From the NCBI GenBank assembly GCA_947165465.1, contig CAMVAM010000003.1, positions 29,289 through 93,288 on the forward strand: a stretch of DNA of 64,000 nt. The letters are read 5' to 3'. Positions within the stretch are counted from its first letter, which is position 1, and each line of letters begins with the position of its first letter. This document shows positions 7,770-16,815 of this stretch, one piece after another. Origin of the DNA: an uncultured Candidatus Saccharibacteria bacterium. Lineage in GTDB: Bacteria > Patescibacteriota > Saccharimonadia > Saccharimonadales > Saccharimonadaceae. A model generated the notes under the pieces. That model ran no database searches and was not told the DNA's origin. It saw only the letters and a program-made list of their open reading frames with translations. The position numbers were made by a program, and so were the translations under genes.

Positions 7770-10064
7770 TTAGCGAAATTCCAAATGAAAAGTGATGTTC
7801 TTTTCTTCGGCACCCTCTGGTTGATAAATTCCAACCGGGGTAATCTCAGCTTCCGGATACTTTTCGCGTACTTCTTTCAAAGTTTCAGCGTAAGTCTTCT
7901 TAGTCGCAATCGTTAAGTCTTGCTTATCTTTAATCTCAAAGCTATTATTCACCTTCTTCGGCGTTTCAAGTGACAAGAGTACGTCAAGATCAATCTCGAA
8001 ACCAGCTAAATAATCCGCTAATTTAAAATTATGCTTCACACCGGTTCTGAATTCACCTACTACGCCGAGATAATTCTCGCCAACATAGATTTCTGCTGCA
8101 CGTTTCTTTTCAAACGGAAGTGCCTCAGCTACGTCAGTTTTTAATGGCTTAAACTCCGCCTCGAGATTAAATCTCTTTAAGAATTTCTCAACATACATCT
8201 TGGCTTTGTAATAAGCCGTACCCTGGTTCTTACGTTCAGCCAGCACAAATCCCATGCTCATTTTTTCAGTTGGCACTTCTTCGTCATTAAAACCAAGATC
8301 TTTGCGATAGACTTTGTTCATTTCAAAAAGTGCAAATTCATCAAATGGAATCTTCTGGTTCATGTGTGCTTTATCGAGCAAGCTCGGCACAATCGACTGG
8401 CGAACTAGTTGCAGTTCCGGACTAATCGAATTCACAATCTTGTATGAATTGCTCGTCTTCACTCCGGCATTTTCGAGCAACCTTTCACTTACGAAGCTGT
8501 AAGTTAGAACCTCGTTTGCGCCAAATTCTTTCATCGTGTCACGAATCTCGCGTTTTAGTGTCAGCATCTTATTCTTTGTAGCTGAATTATGACGTGGTAA
8601 AGTCGGAGTGATATTGTCGTAGCCATTAAGTCTTCCGACTTCCTCGATAATATCTTCCTTAATATGAATATCTGTGCGCCAAGCCGGAGCCGTCACTTTT
8701 AGTTCTTTTCCGGTCTCAACTTCAAACCCAACATTCGTTAAAGTATTCACAACTTTCTTTTCCGAATAGTCAGTACCAAGAAGTCTATTAATTTCATCCG
8801 TTGTAATTTCTACAACGTTTGCTTTAGCTTTGTAATCGTAAGCATCCGATACTGAAGAGATCTTAAAGCCATCCTTTAATAAACTGGCACAAGCTTCCGC
8901 TACATTAAGCGTCTGGTATGGTGGCTGACCTTTTGTGAATCTCGTAATTGCTTCCGAGAAAATGCCATGTGCCATCTGAGTTTTACGAAGATTATAAAGA
9001 CTAAACGTCGCAGACTCGAGAATCACATTCTTAGTATTCTCATCAATCATCGTCGAAGCGCCACCCATCGCACCGGCAAGTGCCACCGGAACGTCGTTAC
9101 TAGTAATCACAATGTCACTTTCGTTCATCGTGATTTCCTTGCCGTCAAGAAGTTCCATCTTCTCACCAGCATGAGCTAGGCGCACGATAATCTTTGGATT
9201 CTTACTCCCGCCTACTGCCACAAATTTGTCGTAATCAAATGCATGTAACGGTTGGCCGGTAAGTAGCATCAAATAGTTCGTGGCATCTACAATCGGATCA
9301 ATCGGGCGCATGCCGGATTTAGCAAGCAGTGTGTCCGTGAGTGTGAGATATTTTTTCTTAATCTCGCCATGTTTTTCAAATACCACTGCAGAATAGCGTT
9401 CACAAATATTGTCGCCTTCGATTTTAATATCAATCGCATTGTCCGGTTTCAAAGAACATTCTGCGGCCGGCTCGTTAAATTTCTGGCCCAAAATCCCTGC
9501 AACTTCCCTTGCAAAACCAATCAAACCAAAAGTATCCGGACGGTGCGTAAGCGACTTGTTTTCAATTTCCAAAATCAAATCGTTTAGGCCAAACACATCC
9601 GCAAGTGCATCACCTGGCTTTGCCATGTTTGAATCGATTTCCGCAATTCCGTCATGCTCGTCACCAAAGTCTAGCTCATCCGCTGCCGCAAGCATACCAT
9701 GCGAATCATATTTACCAAGCATTTTACGTGTGCCGATTACAAATGGCGCGTCTTCTTTTACGCTGGCTGGCACCGTAGCACCTGGAGCAATCCAAGCCGC
9801 AAGCATGCCTTCGCGCACATTTGGTGCACCACAGAGAACTTGCGTAAGCTCAGCCGAACCGTCATTTACCATACAAAGCGTGAGGTGTGTACCTTCAATT
9901 TTCTCTGCTGATTCCACACGTACGACTTTGATTCCATCGTACTTATGTGTCTCGTCAATCACGCCCTCAACTTCTACTAGGCGAGCACCGATAAGCCTAA
10001 TTAATTCCTCGTCCGAGACCGGAATTTCTACATATTTCTTTAACCAATTCAGTGAAATTTTCAT
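7770..10064 (-). CDS. pheT: Phenylalanyl-tRNA synthetase beta subunit
   Basis: 764-aa ORF with an N-terminal tRNA-binding fold (MKISLNWLKKYV...) and B3/4, B5 and C-terminal FDX-ACB-like regions. Directly follows pheS. Confidence 0.93.
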   Translation of the reverse strand: MKISLNWLKKYVEIPVSDEELIRLIGARLVEVEGVIDETHKYDGIKVVRVESAEKIEGTHLTLCMVNDGSAELTQVLCGAPNVREGMLAAWIAPGATVPASVKEDAPFVIGTRKMLGKYDSHGMLAAADELDFGDEHDGIAEIDSNMAKPGDALADVFGLNDLILEIENKSLTHRPDTFGLIGFAREVAGILGQKFNEPAAECSLKPDNAIDIKIEGDNICERYSAVVFEKHGEIKKKYLTLTDTLLAKSGMRPIDPIVDATNYLMLLTGQPLHAFDYDKFVAVGGSKNPKIIVRLAHAGEKMELLDGKEITMNESDIVITSNDVPVALAGAMGGASTMIDENTKNVILESATFSLYNLRKTQMAHGIFSEAITRFTKGQPPYQTLNVAEACASLLKDGFKISSVSDAYDYKAKANVVEITTDEINRLLGTDYSEKKVVNTLTNVGFEVETGKELKVTAPAWRTDIHIKEDIIEEVGRLNGYDNITPTLPRHNSATKNKMLTLKREIRDTMKEFGANEVLTYSFVSERLLENAGVKTSNSYKIVNSISPELQLVRQSIVPSLLDKAHMNQKIPFDEFALFEMNKVYRKDLGFNDEEVPTEKMSMGFVLAERKNQGTAYYKAKMYVEKFLKRFNLEAEFKPLKTDVAEALPFEKKRAAEIYVGENYLGVVGEFRTGVKHNFKLADYLAGFEIDLDVLLSLETPKKVNNSFEIKDKQDLTIATKKTYAETLKEVREKYPEAEITPVGIYQPEGAEEKNITFHLEFR

Positions 10065-11021
10065 TTAAAACTCCTTCAAGAAATTAAGGTTACCGGACTC
10101 GAAGTGACGGACATCCTTTAATCCGTACCGGAGCATCACTAGGCGGTCGATTCCACCGCCCCAAGCAAAACCATGGTACTTAGTCGGGTCAATTCCGGCC
10201 ATCTTTAGAACATTCGGGTGAATCATGCCACAACCAAGCATCTCGAGGAAATCACCCTTCTTGCCACCAAGTGACTTCGGTTTTTCAATCATAAATTCAA
10301 GTGACGGTTCCGTAAACGGGAAGTAACCCGGCTGCGTGCGAATGTTTAGTTTCTGTTCATAATACTTTTCAAAGAATTCACGCAAAATCCCGAGCATGTC
10401 GCCCATCGTACAAGTCTTTGAAACATACACGCCTTCGCATTGATAGAAAGTATGCTCGTGTGTAGCATCAACATCCTCATTACGATAAACCCTGCCTGGA
10501 ACTACTACGGCAATTTCGCCATCGTTTTCGAGTTTATCCTTATAGGCTTTAAGGACTCTATGTTGCATTGTGGAAGTGTGAGCTGGAGGAATTAAACCTT
10601 CTTCAGTGCGGAAAGTATCATAGCCATCGCGAGCTGGATGTTCTTTGGCGAAATTTAGGCTATCAAACATATGGAATTCATCATCGAGTTGGCGGGATTC
10701 CATCACGTCAAAACCCATGAGCTGATAGATTTCAACTACACGGTCAAGCTCAGTCATTAATGGATGTTTTGAGCCTTCAAATACGGAATAGACTTTTGGA
10801 ATCTCTTCGTTTGGTGCACATGGCGCCGTGATATCAAGTGGCAAAACCTCAGTATCGAGAAGTTCTTCTTCCTTCGCTTTAATCTTTGCCAAGATTTCGT
10901 TTTTCTTTGCATTTAATTCGCGCCCGAATTCACCGCGTTTCTCGGCCGGGACTTCTTTAATTCTAGCGTATTCGCTATTTAAGCTCTTTAATTCGAGCTT
11001 TAATTTCTCCAACTCTTCCAT
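10065..11021 (-). CDS. pheS: Phenylalanyl-tRNA synthetase alpha subunit
   Basis: Class II core motifs (HPARD, FRNE-like YRNEDVDATHEHTFYQCEG, GFAWGGGIDRLVMLRYG). Confidence 0.93.
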   Translation of the reverse strand: MEELEKLKLELKSLNSEYARIKEVPAEKRGEFGRELNAKKNEILAKIKAKEEELLDTEVLPLDITAPCAPNEEIPKVYSVFEGSKHPLMTELDRVVEIYQLMGFDVMESRQLDDEFHMFDSLNFAKEHPARDGYDTFRTEEGLIPPAHTSTMQHRVLKAYKDKLENDGEIAVVVPGRVYRNEDVDATHEHTFYQCEGVYVSKTCTMGDMLGILREFFEKYYEQKLNIRTQPGYFPFTEPSLEFMIEKPKSLGGKKGDFLEMLGCGMIHPNVLKMAGIDPTKYHGFAWGGGIDRLVMLRYGLKDVRHFESGNLNFLKEF

Positions 11022-11027
11022 ATAATT

Positions 11028-11036
11028 ATTATACTA
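11028..11036 (-). promoter_or_regulatory. -10 box (TAGTATAAT), 6 nt upstream of the pheS ATG (11021)
   Basis: The minus strand reads TAGTATAAT-AATTAT-ATG. The box overlaps the stop codon of the upstream 982-aa gene. Confidence 0.5.
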
Positions 11037-13977
11037 CAAAATTGCGATTTCTAACATCGGCAAATGAGATAGAGTCCACCAGAATGGCTGCCGGCGCAAC
11101 TGCAACATAGTCATTCGTCTCAAAGATGATTCTATCCGGCATTTCCACCAACGGCTGACCGAATTGATAGCGGGTGGATGAATCGTAACTGGCAATGTAA
11201 TTACCATAATCAATGATATCAAGAACAGCCACTACGGTTTCCTTATCCAGACCCGAATACCTAGCCAGAACTCCTTCATATGAGTTATCAAGTGGATTTT
11301 GTTCATAGTATTCATCTAGAAATGCCGAAACGGCGGATTTTTCAATTAACCCCATTGACTCAGCTAATGACTGGTCTTCAATAAACCTTTGATAATTTTT
11401 AGCAGTTTCCCAATCCGGAGCGTTCAATGAAATCTGCTGATTGCCTGCTACACAAGACTCGCCACTAATATAGCCCATATGCGTCAGAACTTGTGTATTT
11501 TGGGCAATATCAATAATATCACCAACCGCCGGAATCGCACCGAGTGCAGCATTTGCAAACGAATCTCTGAAGGTCCTACCAGTATCAACATTAGCGAAAG
11601 TAGCAATCTGGCTAGAAATGTTTTGGTCTGCAAAGCCAAACGAAGATGCTCTATTATCACAGAACAAGATATATTTAGCAAGATCAGAACCGGCATTAAT
11701 CTTCACATTCCCCTCGCTCGTAGTTTCATCCAGGAAATTACCTTGTTCGTCAAGAATATTAATAAATTCGGCTGGATCTTCATTAATAGTTGAAACATCA
11801 GTAATCGAATATGGATTACAATATGAATCACCCACCGCGCCGATCGATGCTAGATAAGGACAAGTTTCGGCGAATTCATCTGGCGATGGTAAAGTTTCCG
11901 CAATAGTAGCCGCCTTTGCCGTCGGAGAAATAGCGACTATAGAAGAAGTCAACACCGAACTTGACGTTGATACTATTCCAAGTAGTGAGTTTGACGATAA
12001 GAATGACATTAATTGCGTCAACAGCGAACCCATAAACGTGTATTTAGAGGTCGCGTCGAACGGGCTTCGATTCATTCGTTCATACTTCGCGTTTTCGGCA
12101 ATTACTTCCTCTCGCGCCAACGCAAATTCAGTATACTTTTCTACATTTGCAAGTGAACCGCCATTTGCACGGTGCGTATTGCCCATATAAATATTTGCAC
12201 CAGACACTAAAGCATTACCAAGATCCTCGCCACCAATATTTTTAATAATATCCCTCGTAAACATTTCTACTACAACAGGTGTTAAAAGGCTTACGGCAAG
12301 GCTAATGGCGCCACCAAGAAGCGCATTTTTCACAAAATCAAGAAGTCCATCCGTAACAAGCGGTAGACAAGCAGCGGCGGAAACACCCAATGTGAAAATC
12401 GAACCAACTAAACCGCCAATACAGCCTGCAATTTCGGTTGCTTCAGCTATGCTTGAAACCGTATTTGCTGCTACCTTCGCAATTGCACATGTTTCAAATG
12501 CATCTCCTCCAGCCATCCAGTTTGCAACACTACTAAGAACGCCTTTCGTGTTGCTCGAGAAATTAAAACTCCTAATACTTGCATCATTAGTATCAGCACG
12601 TCTTCTTTCAAAAATACCAGCAATACCCTCGGCCTCCATTGCTGTACCATCGGTAGTTTCTTCAGTTACACTATTAAAAATCCCTCTATAAACCTTATGC
12701 GTATTCTCCGTTGGTTCGTTTAAAATCTGCGCAAAGTCATTAATTGGAGATTCCTCGGCATAGCCAATTTTTGCCTTATCAATCGCCTCCAAATATCCAG
12801 TCGTAAGATTGGCAATCTGAAGAATATTAGACGCATTCACCATCAAAGTCACTGCGCCTACAAAATTTGCAACGCCACAAGCAATATTTACAATCGTGTT
12901 GGCTTTTCCACTATATTTTTCGCCAAGAGTCTGAAGCTTCGATTTAACTTCGCCCTCAGTAATAGTAGCCCGATTCCAGCTTACGCCGCCTTCGAGTGTG
13001 TCGGTTTTATGAGTAAATTCATATTCACCGGAACCAACCATTCTCGGGCTTCCATCCGCATTATAGAGAGGTTTTCCGGTTATCGGATCGGTTTCTTGAA
13101 CCATTATTTCCCTAGTTTCAGCACCGGTCGTTCTACCACCTTTAATTTCTTCGGAGCCTTCGGACATCAAATCGATGGCAACCCTCCTACTACTGCCCGG
13201 ATCGGAAGAATCAACCTCCTCTAAGTATTTCTTAAACAAGTTTCTAGTAATCTTATTACTTCTTAGAAACTTAGTCGTAATCTCCCCAAACCAGTTTGAT
13301 ATTGCTCCTCGCCACGTCATTGACCCAGCATTATACTTATTAAAGAAATCCGGATCACTATAATATGTATTTTTAAAATCACTAGCAGTCACAGTTTTTA
13401 CTTCACCGGATGCAGTTGTATATTTTAGAACAGTACCAGCGCCAGACCCTTCAACTTCTATACCCTGTTTCGCAAGCCTATTCCGTTGTTTCGTAGAAAT
13501 ATTAAATGTATCACCACGAAAAAGCGTTCCTTTAATTGGATTTTTAACTTTACCACTCCCCATCTGCATCTTGAAAAAAGTATCCGAACGATTGTTCACG
13601 GAGACGTACATAGAGTTAAATAGCTCTTTAAAATTTTCAACTAAAGCAAACGGTTGGAATAATTGAGAAACAGAAAACAGCCCACCAAAACCAAGAATTA
13701 TGCCTAGAATTAATCCAATCGGGCCCTTACCTTTTAAGAAAGATTTTCCCTTTCCTTTGCCCTTATAAGATATTGACTCCCTACCAGAACCCGTATAATA
13801 TCCATTCGCAGCTTCTTCGTTTGCGCGATTTGCTTCGAGATTATCGCCAGTCTCAGCCGGCTTTTCGGAAGTAGCACCGGCCTCCGCCGCACGCAAACCC
13901 CTCGCGGCTTCATTATTAGCCGCGTCAATCTTAGGAATATCGCTTCTTCTCTGCGACGGTTTAGACCTTTCGTCCAT
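11029..13977 (-). CDS. Large (982 aa) polytopic membrane protein of unknown function
   Basis: Disordered charged N-terminus, a TM helix (GPIGLILGIILGFGGLF), and several further hydrophobic helices mid-protein (e.g. CIGGLVGSIFTLGVSAAACLPLV, LLGGAISLAVSLLTPVVV). I recognise no domain. Confidence 0.6.
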   Translation of the reverse strand: MDERSKPSQRRSDIPKIDAANNEAARGLRAAEAGATSEKPAETGDNLEANRANEEAANGYYTGSGRESISYKGKGKGKSFLKGKGPIGLILGIILGFGGLFSVSQLFQPFALVENFKELFNSMYVSVNNRSDTFFKMQMGSGKVKNPIKGTLFRGDTFNISTKQRNRLAKQGIEVEGSGAGTVLKYTTASGEVKTVTASDFKNTYYSDPDFFNKYNAGSMTWRGAISNWFGEITTKFLRSNKITRNLFKKYLEEVDSSDPGSSRRVAIDLMSEGSEEIKGGRTTGAETREIMVQETDPITGKPLYNADGSPRMVGSGEYEFTHKTDTLEGGVSWNRATITEGEVKSKLQTLGEKYSGKANTIVNIACGVANFVGAVTLMVNASNILQIANLTTGYLEAIDKAKIGYAEESPINDFAQILNEPTENTHKVYRGIFNSVTEETTDGTAMEAEGIAGIFERRRADTNDASIRSFNFSSNTKGVLSSVANWMAGGDAFETCAIAKVAANTVSSIAEATEIAGCIGGLVGSIFTLGVSAAACLPLVTDGLLDFVKNALLGGAISLAVSLLTPVVVEMFTRDIIKNIGGEDLGNALVSGANIYMGNTHRANGGSLANVEKYTEFALAREEVIAENAKYERMNRSPFDATSKYTFMGSLLTQLMSFLSSNSLLGIVSTSSSVLTSSIVAISPTAKAATIAETLPSPDEFAETCPYLASIGAVGDSYCNPYSITDVSTINEDPAEFINILDEQGNFLDETTSEGNVKINAGSDLAKYILFCDNRASSFGFADQNISSQIATFANVDTGRTFRDSFANAALGAIPAVGDIIDIAQNTQVLTHMGYISGESCVAGNQQISLNAPDWETAKNYQRFIEDQSLAESMGLIEKSAVSAFLDEYYEQNPLDNSYEGVLARYSGLDKETVVAVLDIIDYGNYIASYDSSTRYQFGQPLVEMPDRIIFETNDYVAVAPAAILVDSISFADVRNRNFVV

Positions 13978-14033
13978 ATAATATATTATATAGCACTTAT
14001 GCTAAATTTTGAAGCGAAAAATCAAACAAAAAA

Positions 14034-14288
14034 CTAGTGTTGACCGCCCATAGCAACGCCGACAATAATCAGCACTGCCACCACAATCACAGCACCAACA
14101 ATCCAAATCCAACCATACTTGCCGGTCTTCTTTAAATCACGCACATAATCAGAATCTTCTACATAATCCGGATCTTCTTTATCGCCAACCGGCTTTGACG
14201 ATGCATTCATTTTTTCACGAAGGTCCGCATTAATTCTACGCGTTAATTCGTCAGTCACATCATCTTTTTTGCTAACCATTATGCCCAT
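14034..14288 (-). CDS. Small C-terminally anchored membrane protein (84 aa), unknown function
   Basis: Acidic N-terminal region followed by one TM (WIWIVGAVIVVAVLIIVGVAM). Has its own TGCTATAAT promoter and a leader containing AGGAAA. Confidence 0.5.
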   Translation of the reverse strand: MGIMVSKKDDVTDELTRRINADLREKMNASSKPVGDKEDPDYVEDSDYVRDLKKTGKYGWIWIVGAVIVVAVLIIVGVAMGGQH

Positions 14289-14317
14289 AATAATTTCCTA
14301 AAATTAAATACTTTTTC

Positions 14318-14346
14318 ATTATAGCACACCGAGAATATGCTATAAT
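14318..14346. promoter_or_regulatory. Back-to-back divergent extended -10 boxes (TGCTATAAT on each strand)
   Basis: attatagca (14318-14326, minus strand) and tgctataat (14338-14346, plus strand). The plus-strand leader carries AAGGAGGAG before the ATG at 14374. Confidence 0.6.
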
Positions 14347-14373
14347 AAAGTAAATATTATTTAAGGAGGAGAA

Positions 14374-15303
14374 ATGGCAACAAAAAAGCCTAAGGCATCG
14401 CCAAAGACTACGAAGTCTAAATCAACGAAGCCAAAAACTGCCGCGAAGACTGTCACAAAGCCAGTGTCCGAGGCCTCTAAAACTAACACGGTGGAGAAAG
14501 AAGTTATCACCTCAAGCAAAGGAAAATCCTGCTTCAGTGGTTTCTTCGCAAAAAAATATGAAGAAAAAGAAAGCATCTTGACTGTATTCAAGAATCACAA
14601 GTTTTACGGTGCTTTGCTCGGTGAAGTCATTGGTTCAATGTTCATCACATTGTTCCTCTTCTCGCTCGGTCTTATGGGCGTAGCCAGCGCTGCAAACTAT
14701 TCATTCTTGGTCCTTGCAGTCTTTATTGCAATTTACTCATTCTCAGGCGCCTGCCTCAATCCAGTCATCACGATTGGTATGATGGCTTCTCGCCGCATTT
14801 CAGTCATTCGTGGCTTTATGTACCTCATTGCAGAAGTACTTGGTGCCTGGTTCGGTTGGCTCATCTTCAACTCGTTCCATTTGGCTGGTGGCGAAACCGC
14901 CTACGACATTCCAAAGATGACCGCAATCGGCGAAAACCAATTCTGGGTATTCGCAATGGTTGAGCTTCTTGGCGCAATCATCATTGCATTCTTCTTTGCT
15001 CGCGCGCTTAAATACAAGCGCAGTGTCTTCACATTCGCAGCAACCGTTGCCGGTGGCGTTGTTCTTGCAATGCTCGTAGGTTTCGTTGTTTCAGCCGCAT
15101 TTATCGGCGTACAAAACAACTTCCTCTTCAACCCAGCAGCTGCATTAATGTTCAACATTTTCCCAGCATCTGGCGAAAACTTCGGCGAAATCTTCGGCGG
15201 TATCTGCCAAGCTCTTTCGGTCTGGGCATTCCTACCAATGATTGGTGGCGTAATTGGTTTCTACGTCTCCGACTTCATGGGCAAGCTCTCGGGCGAAGAA
15301 TAA
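14374..15303 (+). CDS. MIP/aquaporin-family channel with a roughly 70-aa Lys/Thr/Ser-rich N-terminal extension
   Basis: Two half-repeat signature loops, SGACLNPVITIG (NPV) and FNPAAAL (NPA). Six-TM pattern. Confidence 0.8.
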   Translation: MATKKPKASPKTTKSKSTKPKTAAKTVTKPVSEASKTNTVEKEVITSSKGKSCFSGFFAKKYEEKESILTVFKNHKFYGALLGEVIGSMFITLFLFSLGLMGVASAANYSFLVLAVFIAIYSFSGACLNPVITIGMMASRRISVIRGFMYLIAEVLGAWFGWLIFNSFHLAGGETAYDIPKMTAIGENQFWVFAMVELLGAIIIAFFFARALKYKRSVFTFAATVAGGVVLAMLVGFVVSAAFIGVQNNFLFNPAAALMFNIFPASGENFGEIFGGICQALSVWAFLPMIGGVIGFYVSDFMGKLSGEE

Positions 15304-15317
15304 TTAAGAGACAAAAT

Positions 15318-15348
15318 AACCCGTCATCACGGCGGGTTATTTTTTTAT
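15318..15348. terminator. Bidirectional intrinsic terminator between the convergent aquaporin and metG genes
   Basis: Hairpin aacccgtc/atcac/ggcgggtt followed by attttttt. An A-run lies on the other side for the minus strand. Confidence 0.7.
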
Positions 15349-15353
15349 TTCAA

Positions 15354-16766
15354 TTAATTCTTCGGAAAGAGTGGAGTTTCTGGTGGCACGATTTTACCAC
15401 TAAAAACCTTCTCAATCCTCTCAGCCGTACCCGGAATGAACGGACGAAGCATATGAGAAACACCAACTAGGCCAGCAATCATCTCGCCCATGCATTTCTT
15501 AAGTTTATCGGTCTCGCCGGCTTTAGCAAGTGCCCATGGTTTCTCATCATCAATCCTACGATTAATTCCCTGGACCTTTTCCCAAACAAAATCAAATGCT
15601 TTCGAGAATTCAAACTTATCCATCAATTCAGTGTATTCTTTTGGCAAATCAACTTTAACTTTTGGCGCTTCAATGCCATTTTTATTCGCAAGTGTAGCGA
15701 GGCGCTGCACGAGATTTCCTAAATCGTTTGCAAGCTCATTATTGTAAGCATCTTCAAACTTTTCCCAAGTAAAATCCGAGTCCGCGAATGTATCGATGTG
15801 ACGAAGGAAATAATACCTCATCGCATCAAGACCATGTTTATCCATCACTTCGAGCGGATCGACAACATTACCAATCGACTTACTCATCTTCTGGCCGTCC
15901 GCAAGAACCATACCATGTGAAACCAAAGTCTTTGGCACTGGTAATCCAAGTCCAAGTAACATTGCTGGCCAAATAATTGCATGGAATCTCAAAATGTCTT
16001 TCCCGACAAATTCCGCTGTAGCTGGCCACCAATCCGAAATATCTTTTTCCGGGAAACCAAGTACGGTAATGTAATTTGCCAGTGCATCAATCCAAACATA
16101 CATCACCTGCGTATCGTCATCCGGCACCGGCACGCCCCACGTCAGTTGTGCTTTCGGACGAGAAATCGAAACATCTGGTGAATCCTCAAGCAATTTCAAA
16201 ATTTCACGTTTTCTAAATTCCGGCAGAATCAAGAGTTCGTCGCTTTCAATCTTTTCACGAATCTCGTCTTTGAAATCTGAAATCCTAAGATAATAATTCT
16301 CTTCTTCAAGTCTTTCATAAGCCTTCTGATGATCTGGGCAAATCCCGTGGTTTTCTTCGGCTTCTTTATTTGTGATATATCTTTCACAACCGGTACAATA
16401 CCAACCTTCATATTTTGATGAATAAATATGTCCTTCAAGCTTCTTCCAAATCATTTGGCAAAGCTTTTCGTGGCTCTCATCGGTAGTACGAATGAAATCC
16501 GTGTATTCTACGCCAAGTTTATGAATAAAGTCTTGGAACTTCTTAGCATTCTCAGCGACGTATTCCTCAACCGGCACGCCGAGCTCTTTAGCTTTTAAAA
16601 AGATTTTATTACCGTGCTCGTCCGTTCCGGCTTGGAAACGCACATTATTACCAATTAATTTGTGATACCTAGCACAAGTATCTGCAAGACAATAATCCAT
16701 AGCGTGCCCGATGTGTGGCACACCGTTTACATATGGAATTGCAGTGGTTATATAAACATTAGACAT
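15354..16766 (-). CDS. metG: Methionyl-tRNA synthetase (short form, no C-terminal tRNA-binding appendage)
   Basis: HIGH motif (PHIGHA), KMSKS (QKMSKSIGN), Zn-knuckle-like CTGCERY...CPDH. Confidence 0.93.
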   Translation of the reverse strand: MSNVYITTAIPYVNGVPHIGHAMDYCLADTCARYHKLIGNNVRFQAGTDEHGNKIFLKAKELGVPVEEYVAENAKKFQDFIHKLGVEYTDFIRTTDESHEKLCQMIWKKLEGHIYSSKYEGWYCTGCERYITNKEAEENHGICPDHQKAYERLEEENYYLRISDFKDEIREKIESDELLILPEFRKREILKLLEDSPDVSISRPKAQLTWGVPVPDDDTQVMYVWIDALANYITVLGFPEKDISDWWPATAEFVGKDILRFHAIIWPAMLLGLGLPVPKTLVSHGMVLADGQKMSKSIGNVVDPLEVMDKHGLDAMRYYFLRHIDTFADSDFTWEKFEDAYNNELANDLGNLVQRLATLANKNGIEAPKVKVDLPKEYTELMDKFEFSKAFDFVWEKVQGINRRIDDEKPWALAKAGETDKLKKCMGEMIAGLVGVSHMLRPFIPGTAERIEKVFSGKIVPPETPLFPKN

Positions 16767-16793
16767 AGCATAATTTTATAATGCTATGTCTAA
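16759..16793. promoter_or_regulatory. Perfect 13-bp inverted repeat (TTAGACATAGCAT-N9-ATGCTATGTCTAA) spanning the metG start codon and -10 region
   Basis: Read directly. The left arm contains the metG ATG (16766-16764). The loop contains TAAAAT, 6 nt upstream of the ATG on the minus strand. Confidence 0.45.
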
Positions 16794-16815
16794 TTTATCA
16801 AGCGTAAGGATATAA

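Noticed and set aside
16777-16815. A plus-strand mini-ORF (ATG TCT AAT TTA ... 9 codons) that mimics the metG N-terminus and is preceded by TATAAT.
   Set aside because: It is a by-product of the perfect inverted repeat. It is too short, and the -10 to ATG spacing (3 nt) is implausible.
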